Shown: positions 28,239 to 35,766, counted from the first letter of the stretch. The stretch: DNA of 64,000 nucleotides from Acidimicrobiales bacterium (GCA_047638695.1 JBLINY010000005.1:28075-92074), one strand, 5' to 3'. Notes: generated by a model not told the origin, from the letters alone. Made by a program: numbers and translations.

Positions 28239-28263
28239 GTCGCTGCAACGAATCTGCAGCGAC
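28239..28263 (+). other. 9-bp perfect stem-loop immediately 5' of a strong SD
   Basis: GTCGCTGCA-acgaatc-TGCAGCGAC, followed directly by GGAGGAG (28264-28270) and ATG 28275. It could be a terminator for the GT2 gene or a translational element. Confidence 0.3.
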
Positions 28264-28274
28264 GGAGGAGTGAG

Positions 28275-28535
28275 ATGGACACGAACGCCACAGGAGAATC
28301 TGACATGTCGAAGGAGTCAAGGCGAGCCCTGCATGCGTACATCAGTCCCGACGCACACACGCTCTGGCATGACTTCGGTCGAGATCAGGGTGTGAGCGTC
28401 AGCGCGGTGCTGGAGGTGTTTGCCGCCGAACTGGCCCTTGATGGGCCTACATCGACGGAGCCGATGCATGATCGTCTTCAATCTGTCGTTGCCACGGCAC
28501 GGGGACTGGACTACCGACGGCGACGGCTTGTCTGA
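28275..28535 (+). CDS. Small hypothetical protein (86 aa)
   Basis: Strong SD GGAGGAG 4 nt upstream of ATG 28275. Coding-like composition. No family recognised. The track ORF 27978..28535 begins inside the GT2 gene. Confidence 0.55.
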   Translation: MDTNATGESDMSKESRRALHAYISPDAHTLWHDFGRDQGVSVSAVLEVFAAELALDGPTSTEPMHDRLQSVVATARGLDYRRRRLV

Positions 28536-28607
28536 GTCCCGGATGAGTGTGGCGGCAGGAATCCGGCGAATGTTTGTATCAAAACCTACGTAGTAAATGG
28601 TCATCTT

Positions 28608-28625
28608 CCTATCAAATTTGATAGG
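28608..28625. promoter_or_regulatory. Perfect 18-bp palindrome CCTATCAAATTTGATAGG (operator-like, copy 1)
   Basis: Read directly from an AT-rich intergenic region. It ends 51 nt upstream of the 28676 start codon. Confidence 0.45.
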
Positions 28626-28645
28626 TAAGCGAAGACTGTAGCACC

Positions 28646-28662
28646 CCTATCAATTTAGATAG
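28646..28662. promoter_or_regulatory. Operator-like motif copy 2, CCTATCAATTTAGATAG
   Basis: Same CCTATC-N6-GATAG architecture, 14 nt upstream of the 28676 start. Confidence 0.4.
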
Positions 28663-28675
28663 TCATGTCTACTAA

Positions 28676-29338
28676 GTGATGAAAGATGTGCGATGGCGCA
28701 CGAATATCATCCTTGTGGAAGCATCACCGATACGCGTAATCCTTTGTGAGTCACGTCGGGTAATTGGGGAGGCGCTAGGTGAGCATCTGACAAGAACCGA
28801 AGGCCTCTACTGTCTCGGCATAGCCAAGAGCTACTTCGCTGCCCGCCGAGCCCTCGCCGGCGTATCGGCCGATGTGGTGCTGGTGGGGCTGAACTTTCAT
28901 GAAGAGGAAGTTCGCTCACTTATCGGTGAATGTGCGCCTGGGCGGGTCGTCTTTCTGGCCAATCAAGTAACACAGTCGATGGTTGCTCTTCAGGCCGAAT
29001 ACCCAACATTTACCGTCGTGTCGGCGGCGGCATCACTGGCTGACCTCGTCGAAAATCTGCGCGGCGAGCCGGGAGTCGATCTTCTTGGCGATGCCGTGCC
29101 GACCGGGCACCTATCGCCCCGTGAGTCCCAGACGCTGAGTCTGCTGGTTCAGGGGATGAGCCCGACAGACATCTCTGAACATCTGTACGTCTCGATTCAT
29201 ACGGTCCGCTTTCATATCAGGGCACTACTGGCCAAGTTGGACGTGAGTAGTCAGGCCGCGGCGATCGTGGCCGGAATCGAGCAAGGACTCGTGTCGCCCC
29301 CGGCACTTACGTCCCACGTTCACGCCGGGGTCGCCTGA
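28676..29338 (+). CDS. LuxR/GerE-HTH regulator with a degenerate (pseudo-)receiver domain
   Basis: C-terminal LSPRESQTLSLLVQGMSPTDISEHLYVSIHTVRFHIRALLAKLDV is a LuxR-type HTH. The N-terminal receiver-like fold has CES where the DD pair should be and VVLVGLNF where the phospho-Asp should be. Confidence 0.75.
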   Translation: MMKDVRWRTNIILVEASPIRVILCESRRVIGEALGEHLTRTEGLYCLGIAKSYFAARRALAGVSADVVLVGLNFHEEEVRSLIGECAPGRVVFLANQVTQSMVALQAEYPTFTVVSAAASLADLVENLRGEPGVDLLGDAVPTGHLSPRESQTLSLLVQGMSPTDISEHLYVSIHTVRFHIRALLAKLDVSSQAAAIVAGIEQGLVSPPALTSHVHAGVA

Positions 29339-29507
29339 GGTAGGCCGAGATCGGTACCGCTGCTGCGATCTGCACCCGCTGCCGCGACCAGCACGACCGG
29401 TGGCCGTCTCGCGCCAACCCATCGCTATTTCACGAACAAGTCCCGAGGACGAACAACCTCCCAAAATTGGTAAGTGTCACCGACAGGGGTTGACCTGCGC
29501 AACTACG

Positions 29508-30230
29508 GTGCATTCCTTGACCACGAGTCAGCACGTTTCCCGGGTATCGCTCGTCGACGACCATCGCTTGTTTGCCGAGGCGCTAACTCTGGCCCTTGAA
29601 CTTTCAAGTGATCTTCGAGTCACGAGCAACTCCATCGATGCTCCGACCGGCTTCGATGCCATCGTCCAAACCCAGCCGGATGTGGCAGTTGTCGACTACC
29701 GGCTCAAGGGGTCCGACACAGGAGTTGACCTCGCCCGGCGCATTCGGGCGGCCGAGGGCCGGGAATCGGCCTGGTTGGCGCGGCTGCCCATCGTCTTGTT
29801 GACCGGGTTCCCTACCCCCGGCGTTCTGCGAACAGCGGCCACGCTTGACGGCGTAAGCGTGCTGTCGAAGGACTCGCCGATTGTCGACATCGTGGCGGCG
29901 CTGCGGGCCGTTCTCGTCGGTACGGCGCTAACTGCCATGCCGGAGCAGAATTCGTTCGGTCTGACGCGCGGTGAACTGGAGGTACTCGAGTTCCTGTCGA
30001 CGGGTTTGAACGCCAGCGAGATTTCTCGAACGCTTTGCGTGACGATTCATGCCGTCCGAGCTCGGATAAAGACGACCCTCAAGAAGCTCGACGTCAACAG
30101 CCAGCTTGAGGCAGTTGCGATAGCCACCCGACGTGGAATCGTTGTCCCGCCACAGAGTGACCAGAGGTCCAAGGGCGTCGGTCAGCTTCACCACACTTCC
30201 CAGCTGATCCCGGATCATTCTGCCGTTTGA
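29508..30230 (+). CDS. NarL/FixJ-family response regulator (REC + LuxR HTH)
   Basis: VSLVDDHRLF (DD), VAVVDYRL (phospho-Asp), LLTG, LSKD. HTH LTRGELEVLEFLSTGLNASEISRTLCVTIHAVRARIKTTLKKLDV. The start is uncertain: GTG 29508, TTG 29490 or GTG 29400. Confidence 0.8.
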   Translation: MHSLTTSQHVSRVSLVDDHRLFAEALTLALELSSDLRVTSNSIDAPTGFDAIVQTQPDVAVVDYRLKGSDTGVDLARRIRAAEGRESAWLARLPIVLLTGFPTPGVLRTAATLDGVSVLSKDSPIVDIVAALRAVLVGTALTAMPEQNSFGLTRGELEVLEFLSTGLNASEISRTLCVTIHAVRARIKTTLKKLDVNSQLEAVAIATRRGIVVPPQSDQRSKGVGQLHHTSQLIPDHSAV

Positions 30231-30242
30231 CCGCCGCGCTCA

Positions 30243-30259
30243 CCTATCTATTTAGACAG
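30243..30259. promoter_or_regulatory. Operator-like motif copy 3, CCTATCTATTTAGACAG
   Basis: Same half-site spacing. It ends 51 nt upstream of the in-frame ATG 30310 of the next ORF, the same distance as copy 1 from its gene. Confidence 0.4.
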
Positions 30260-30264
30260 AATGC

Positions 30265-30744
30265 GTGTCATTGCCTGCGAGATGGTGGGCTCACTTCCGA
30301 ACGAGCCCTATGGACAGAGAGCGCCTCGCGTCGATTCTGAATAGCGGCCGTGAGTTGGCAGTTATCCGTCTATTCTGCAACCTGTTGGTGCTGTCATCGC
30401 CGTTTGTTGCCTTCGGCATAGTTTGGTGGCTGAGACCAGTTCTTCAATCGGTGTCCTCCGACTCATCATCGTCTCCCGACATCATGATGCTCTGCCTATT
30501 TCTTGGAATTCCTACAGCTCTGGCGTTGCGGCGATGGCGGATGCTGCTGATTACTAGCACGCGGCTCGATAATAGTCAGAGGCTCAACACGATGGCAGAG
30601 AGCACCTCGGTGGTCGCCGGCTCGACCAGGTCGGCTGTTTCTGCAGCTCGGCAGATCACCCCGGTCTCAACGACGATCGTGCTTCACTGCACTTCCCGTC
30701 CGGTCCGACGCTCGACGCGTTGTCATCGACGTCCGGTTGCCTGA
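30265..30744 (+). CDS. Hypothetical small membrane protein (start may be ATG 30310)
   Basis: Two hydrophobic spans (LFCNLLVLSSPFVAFGIVWWL and MMLCLFLGIPTALAL). Visibly lower GC than the surroundings. No homology recognised. Confidence 0.3.
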   Translation: MSLPARWWAHFRTSPMDRERLASILNSGRELAVIRLFCNLLVLSSPFVAFGIVWWLRPVLQSVSSDSSSSPDIMMLCLFLGIPTALALRRWRMLLITSTRLDNSQRLNTMAESTSVVAGSTRSAVSAARQITPVSTTIVLHCTSRPVRRSTRCHRRPVA

Positions 30745-30818
30745 GAGCATCCCTGCCGGTTTGACTAGTTCAACAGCGAACCCGTCAAACGCGCCGAGGC
30801 TGTACCGATCCGGAGACC

Positions 30819-31445
30819 ATGACCTTCACACCCGGCATCAGTTCGATCACGGGTCGCATCAACTCCATTGAGCAGAAAATCGCTCAGCTCGAACAGCGGG
30901 GCCGTACGAATGGCCTTGAGCCACTCGGCTTTGGGATGATGCTCGACAATCAAGTCGCGGCGAACGCTCAGGTCACAACGTTGGGTGGTGTGTTCGATAG
31001 TGCAGGCTTGACACCCGCGACTCAACGAGCGCCCGGCCAGTACGGTCGACTCCAGCCCCCGGCAGCACTCGTGGCCTTCGGCAACGGGCAGGTGCCGGCG
31101 GCAGCCCTCGAGCCCGTCGGCGATACGGGCCACCGTCTATGGGCTCCTGCAGCCAACGGCCTGACTCGTCTCATAGCCAATGCCGAAGCGGCCGGAGTGA
31201 CGATTGGGATCACCGACAGCTACCGACCGCTTGGTGTTCAAGAGCGACTGGCGAAAGAGAAGGGTCTCTACAGCCAGGGAGGGCTGGCAGCCACACCAGG
31301 GACCTCAAACCACGGTTGGGGACTGGCGACAGATCTCGACTTGGATGCCGACGCCCTTGCGTGGATGCGAGAGAACGGACAGCGGTACGGGTTTGTCGAA
31401 GACGTGCCACGCGAGTCGTGGCATTGGACCTACCGGCCCGACTGA
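30819..31445 (+). CDS. Peptidase M15 (VanY / D-Ala-D-Ala carboxypeptidase-like) cell-wall hydrolase
   Basis: ITDSYRPLGVQERL...ATPGTSNHGWGLATDL...AWMRENGQRYGFVEDVPRESWHW contains the H-x6-D ... H zinc-ligand pattern of M15 peptidases. The N-terminal ~60 aa are coiled-coil-like. Confidence 0.75.
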   Translation: MTFTPGISSITGRINSIEQKIAQLEQRGRTNGLEPLGFGMMLDNQVAANAQVTTLGGVFDSAGLTPATQRAPGQYGRLQPPAALVAFGNGQVPAAALEPVGDTGHRLWAPAANGLTRLIANAEAAGVTIGITDSYRPLGVQERLAKEKGLYSQGGLAATPGTSNHGWGLATDLDLDADALAWMRENGQRYGFVEDVPRESWHWTYRPD

Positions 31446-31481
31446 CTGAGCCTGAACTGTCTGACTGACTGAACTGAACTC

Positions 31482-31715
31482 TCAGGTTTTCTTCGGCGGC
31501 CTCGGAAGCTGAGCGGTGCCAGACGAAGCCGGGCGGGCCGCTGCATCGCGGTTGGCTTGGCTGATCTCGGCCGCCACTTCGTCTCGATGCACCGAGACCT
31601 CGCGCGGTGCTCGAATGCCGAGACGAACCTGGTCGCCGCGAATCTCAATGACGGTCACAATGATGTCAGAGCTGATCACAATCGATTGGTTGGGACGTCG
31701 ACTGAGTACGAGCAT
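31482..31715 (-). CDS. csrA: Carbon storage regulator CsrA
   Basis: MLVLSRRPNQSIVISSDIIVTVIEIRGDQVRLGIRAPREVSVHRDEV is the canonical CsrA fold sequence. The start ATG 31715 overlaps the fliW stop (ATGA). It has a 25-aa basic/Pro-rich tail. Confidence 0.9.
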   Translation of the reverse strand: MLVLSRRPNQSIVISSDIIVTVIEIRGDQVRLGIRAPREVSVHRDEVAAEISQANRDAAARPASSGTAQLPRPPKKT

Positions 31716-32197
31716 CAGGCCACCACCAAGGGTTCCTTGGTGGTGTAGTCGCCGGTGTTGAGAACGATCTGGCGCCCACATCGAGACTTGTTGTTCACGA
31801 TGATCGGCCCCAGAAGGTTGGCGGTGACGTCGGTGAGGTCATCGCCGTCATAGTTGGTCGTGAGGAGGAGGTAGACCGCAGATTCTGTTGGATCGTCGAG
31901 ACCGATCTCGGCGAGGACATCATCGGGGACATCCAGCTCGTAGTCGGGGAAGAACGACCACGGATGCATGGCTAGGAAGGCAGTCTCGGCATCTTCGACG
32001 CTCTGGATCCAGAAGTAGTCGTCATCGATCTCGATCACGGCGTAGCTACGCCCCTCAGGAAAGCCGAGAATGCCCGGCCCGAGGTCGTAAATTTGCTCGT
32101 CGTCTAGGTCGAGCTCCCCCAACCGTGTCGAACTAACTTTCACCTTGGTGAGCCTACTCCCGGATGACCTGTCGGTCTGGGTTCTTCGGCTACTCAT
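31715..32197 (-). CDS. fliW: Flagellar assembly factor FliW
   Basis: LGELDLDDEQIYDLGPGILGFPEGRSYAVIEIDDDYFWIQSVEDAETAFLAMHPWSFFPDYELDVPDD...ANLLGPIIVNNKSRCGRQIVL is a typical FliW. The start is uncertain: ATG 32197, or the GTG at VKVSS. Confidence 0.85.
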   Translation of the reverse strand: MSSRRTQTDRSSGSRLTKVKVSSTRLGELDLDDEQIYDLGPGILGFPEGRSYAVIEIDDDYFWIQSVEDAETAFLAMHPWSFFPDYELDVPDDVLAEIGLDDPTESAVYLLLTTNYDGDDLTDVTANLLGPIIVNNKSRCGRQIVLNTGDYTTKEPLVVA

Positions 32198-32528
32198 CGT
32201 CGCCGATCGGCAGCGGTATACCGTAGTCCTGGGCATCCGCTGGCTGGTCGGTCGGCGAGACCTCATCAGCTGGCTGAGGCTTGGCACTCGGCATCAGGCT
32301 GCGTACCACTCGGGTGAGAACTGACGCACCGACGACGCAGGCGAGAACAACGATAACGAAATGGGCGATAGCCAACTCGTACTGTTCCCGACCGGTGGCA
32401 GCGGCGAGCAACGAGTTGCGGCCGAGGAAGAGACCGAGGAGTAGCGCCAGGCCGAGAACACCGCCGTCCAGCCGGGTCGAGGACCCGGCTGCGACCAGCT
32501 CGACCCGCGACGTCGGCTGGTCAGCCAT
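32190..32528 (-). CDS. Small two-TM membrane protein with an acidic C-tail, in the position normally held by flhG
   Basis: The start is taken at ATG 32528 (MADQPTSRVELVAAG...), overlapping the flhF-like stop by 8 nt. Hydrophobic spans GVLGLALLLGLFLG and HFVIVVLACVVGASVL. No homology recognised. Confidence 0.5.
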   Translation of the reverse strand: MADQPTSRVELVAAGSSTRLDGGVLGLALLLGLFLGRNSLLAAATGREQYELAIAHFVIVVLACVVGASVLTRVVRSLMPSAKPQPADEVSPTDQPADAQDYGIPLPIGDDE

Positions 32529-33702
32529 GTCCGGCGTTGGTCGACATGGCGAGGAGCAGTCCGGCATCGACGGAACGGCCGCCGACGCTGGCTACCGGCA
32601 CGCCGCAGTCGAGGAGGTCGAGCAAGTAGACGGGATCGGCTTGGTAGGACAAGTCGATCACGACATCGCCTCCGAAGCGTTGCATGATCGAGAAGATTCT
32701 TGTCGGCGGCAGCACGTCGTCGATCGCTAGCCGCATCACATTGGAACCGGCGAGTTGCGCCACCTCGATGCAGCGACGGGCCTGAGCCACGAAGGACGAA
32801 TCGATGACGACGATGCCTTTCCGATCGGATGCCTTCCAAAGAGCCAGGCGGTCGTTCAACTCTTCGCTCGATCGAGCCAGTTGCCAAGGAAGGACATCCA
32901 CCTCGTGATCGCGGCATCCGCTGACGACCACAAGAGAGCGCGGCGCGGTTGTTTCGTTGTGTTCCAGCCGGTCAGCTACCGACAGAGCCGAACTCAGACC
33001 GCCGATGATCGTGATGATCTGACTCGTGGAATCGATGGTGGGGAGCGATCTATCGAACGAGTCCAATTGAGCCCAGAATTCCTCGGGGTGTGCTGTTGCT
33101 GTCGGTTCCTTCAGTGTTGGTGCTGTCGGTTCCTCCAGTGTTGGTGCTGTCGGTTCCTCCAGTGTTGGTGCTGTCGGTTCCTCCAGTGTTGACGCTGTCG
33201 GTTCCTCCAGTGTTGCAGCTGCTACCCCGATCACGGTCGTAGCTATTGGCTCAGACAGGGTGGCATCTTCCTCGAGTTCGTCGTCCAGGATCTGGGCGAA
33301 GCTCTTCTGCGGCTCGGTCGCCCGACCTTTGGAGGGAGGGCGGCTCAGTTCGATGCGTTCCTGCACGCTGATCGCCTCGGCTCGTTCCAACAGCCCATTC
33401 GGAATTCTCCGCCTTGGAGATGGCGAACGGTCGATCTCTTCGACGAATGTGGGCTCGGGCGGCGAGTCGTCAAGGTCGGCGGCTACGTCGGGCATCGCGA
33501 TGACGTAGCGTTCGTCAACCTTTGCAGACGCCCCGTCGGGAGCGGCAACGACCTCGAAGCTCTCGGTCGTGAAGAAGCCACCGAGGCCGCCGGAACGGAT
33601 TTTGTTGGCCTCGAGAATTGAGGCATCCGACCCCAATTCCCTTCGGACCTGTTCCAGAAGGGCGCTGAGTTCGGGACCGGTATAACGACGTTGATCAGTC
33701 AT
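32521..33702 (-). CDS. flhF: FlhF-like protein with a degenerate SRP-GTPase domain
   Basis: The N-terminus YTGPELSALLEQVRRELGSDASILEANKIRSGG...FEVVAA matches the FlhF B-domain pattern, and the gene follows flhA. The C-terminal domain is colinear with the FlhF G-domain but has IIGGLSSALS for GxxGxGKT, SGCRD for DTYR and VIDSSF for DTAG. Confidence 0.7.
   Translation of the reverse strand: MTDQRRYTGPELSALLEQVRRELGSDASILEANKIRSGGLGGFFTTESFEVVAAPDGASAKVDERYVIAMPDVAADLDDSPPEPTFVEEIDRSPSPRRRIPNGLLERAEAISVQERIELSRPPSKGRATEPQKSFAQILDDELEEDATLSEPIATTVIGVAAATLEEPTASTLEEPTAPTLEEPTAPTLEEPTAPTLKEPTATAHPEEFWAQLDSFDRSLPTIDSTSQIITIIGGLSSALSVADRLEHNETTAPRSLVVVSGCRDHEVDVLPWQLARSSEELNDRLALWKASDRKGIVVIDSSFVAQARRCIEVAQLAGSNVMRLAIDDVLPPTRIFSIMQRFGGDVVIDLSYQADPVYLLDLLDCGVPVASVGGRSVDAGLLLAMSTNAGHG
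33097..33216 (-). repeat. In-frame 24-nt tandem repeat x5 encoding (LEEPTAPT)n in the flhF-like linker
   Basis: The unit tgctgtcggttcctccagtgttgg repeats five times with 1-3 mismatches in the outer copies. The protein reads TLEEPTASTLEEPTAPTLEEPTAPTLEEPTAPTLKEPTATA. Confidence 0.95.
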
Positions 33703-33708
33703 GGTTCA

Positions 33709-35766
33709 TCATCCTGTAGGGGGTAGAGCGGACGGTTGGATCTCAACCAGGCCTTGCGTCTCCACCTGCACTTGGGGCCCGAGCTCTTCGATCGAGAGCA
33801 CCGGCGCCATAACTTCGGTGAGAGCGAGCAGGTGGCGAAGTGGGCGGCGAAGTGTGCGAGACGTGAGGATCACCGGAGCAAGACCACGCTGCTCGACCTG
33901 GGCGACCTTCGTTCTGAAGGCGTGAATTACGCCCTGAACATCGTTTGGTTCGAGTTGGAAGTCGGTTCCGTTGACACCGTCGCGAAGGCTTGTCATGAGT
34001 TTGTGTTCCAGCATCGGGTCGATGGTGAGTACCGGGAGCACCCCGTTGGCCGTTGCGTTTCCCGCTGATATCGACGGGCCCAACGCCACCCGGACCGACT
34101 CGGTGAGCTCCCGCACGTCGCGTGTGAGGCGTGCCCGTTCGCTCACGACGTCGATGATTCGGACGATGTCACGGATCGGTACCTGTTCGGACAACAACTC
34201 CTGGAGGACACGTTGGAGTTCGGCGATTGTGAGGTCGCTGGCGATCAGTTCCTCGACGACAGCGGGGTCGGTCTGGCGAACGAGGTCGATCAGCTCCTTC
34301 ACTTCCTGGCGGCTGAGCAGATCGGGAGCGTTGCTGCGGACGACTTCGGCAAGGTGCGTCGTGAGAACCGATGACCGGTCGATGATGGTTGCGTCCTGAC
34401 CTTCGGCCAGAAACCGCTGTTCCTCGGGAATCCACTTTGCCGGGAGCCCGAAGACCGGCTCGTTCTCGATCGGCCCGGGCAAGCTGTCGAGCGACTCGCT
34501 GATCACAAGCACGTGACCGGCGGGGGCTCGACCTCGGCCCATCTCGACACCGTGGACCATGATCGCGTACTCGCCGGGGAGCAGATCCATGTTGTCTCTG
34601 GTGTGCACCGCCGGAATGATCAGTCCGAGTTCTAGAGCCAACTTGCGACGCAAGGCACGGACTCGGTCGAGCAGGTCTCCACCGACGGCGGTATCGACAA
34701 GATCCACCATGTCGATCGCCAGTTCCAGACCGAGCGGTTCGGGGCGAATTTCGCCGGCGAGAAGCTGCGGGTCGTCCGGATCGATGTGGACTTCGTCGTC
34801 AAGGGCTTGCACGAGGGGCTGTGCGGCTGCGGCGATCTGCAGGCGCCGTGAGATGACGAGCATCGAACCGCCGACCGTGATGAAGGGAAGGAAGGGAAGC
34901 CCGGGGGCGAGGGCAAGGCCGGCGATCGCCATGCCGCCGAAGCGCAGAGCCTTGTGTTGGGCGCCGATCTGCGCCGCGATGTCAGAACCGAGATCGGAAC
35001 CACCGGTGGCGCGGGTGACGATGATGCCACTGGCGATAGAGATCAGAAGTGCCGGGATCTGGCTCACCAGCCCATCGCCGATAGTCAAGGTCGAGAAGTT
35101 GTTGACCGCTTCAGAGACTCCCATACCTTGTTCGACAACACCGATGACCATGCCGCCGAGCAGGTTGATTACCGTGATGAGCACGCCAGCGATGGCGTCG
35201 CCCTTCACGAATTTCGAAGCACCGTCCATCGCTCCGTAGAAATCCGCTTCCTGGCTGATTTCTTCGCGTCGGTTGCGAGCGGTCTCTTCGTCGATGAGGC
35301 CGGCTCCGAGGTCGGCATCGATAGCCATCTGCTTACCTGGCATGGCATCGAGGGTGAAACGAGCCCCGACCTCGGCCACACGCGAGGCGCCGTTGGTTAT
35401 GACGACGAACTGAATGATCACGAGGATCAGAAAGACGACGAGTCCGACCACGATCGAGCCGCCAACGACAAAGGACCCGAACGATGTGATCACGCTGCCC
35501 GCTGACCCCGTTGTCAGGATGAGGCGGGTCGAACTCACGTTCAAGGCCAGCCGAAAGAGGGTGGCGACAAGAAGGAGCGACGGAAACGATGCCATATCGA
35601 GCGAGCGCGTCGACAGGATTGTGGTGAGGAGCAGCGTCACCGCGAGCGCCAGGTTGACGGCTAGCAGTAGGTCGAGCACGACCCCGGGAAGCGGGATGAT
35701 CATCAAGGCAACAATGCCGATGACTAGTGCGGAGAGCAGCCCTCCACCAATACCTTTACTGGTCAC
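33709..35766 (-). CDS. flhA: Flagellar export apparatus protein FlhA
   Basis: 685 aa. N-terminal polytopic region with FPSLLLVATLFRLALNVSSTRLIL and DAMPGKQMAIDADL. C-terminal cytoplasmic domain. Confidence 0.95.
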   Translation of the reverse strand: MTSKGIGGGLLSALVIGIVALMIIPLPGVVLDLLLAVNLALAVTLLLTTILSTRSLDMASFPSLLLVATLFRLALNVSSTRLILTTGSAGSVITSFGSFVVGGSIVVGLVVFLILVIIQFVVITNGASRVAEVGARFTLDAMPGKQMAIDADLGAGLIDEETARNRREEISQEADFYGAMDGASKFVKGDAIAGVLITVINLLGGMVIGVVEQGMGVSEAVNNFSTLTIGDGLVSQIPALLISIASGIIVTRATGGSDLGSDIAAQIGAQHKALRFGGMAIAGLALAPGLPFLPFITVGGSMLVISRRLQIAAAAQPLVQALDDEVHIDPDDPQLLAGEIRPEPLGLELAIDMVDLVDTAVGGDLLDRVRALRRKLALELGLIIPAVHTRDNMDLLPGEYAIMVHGVEMGRGRAPAGHVLVISESLDSLPGPIENEPVFGLPAKWIPEEQRFLAEGQDATIIDRSSVLTTHLAEVVRSNAPDLLSRQEVKELIDLVRQTDPAVVEELIASDLTIAELQRVLQELLSEQVPIRDIVRIIDVVSERARLTRDVRELTESVRVALGPSISAGNATANGVLPVLTIDPMLEHKLMTSLRDGVNGTDFQLEPNDVQGVIHAFRTKVAQVEQRGLAPVILTSRTLRRPLRHLLALTEVMAPVLSIEELGPQVQVETQGLVEIQPSALPPTG

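Noticed and set aside
33097-33216. Possible CRISPR-like array, because of regularly repeated 24-nt units.
   Set aside because: The units are directly adjacent with no spacers. They are in frame inside the flhF-like gene and encode (LEEPTAPT)n. This is a coding minisatellite, not CRISPR.
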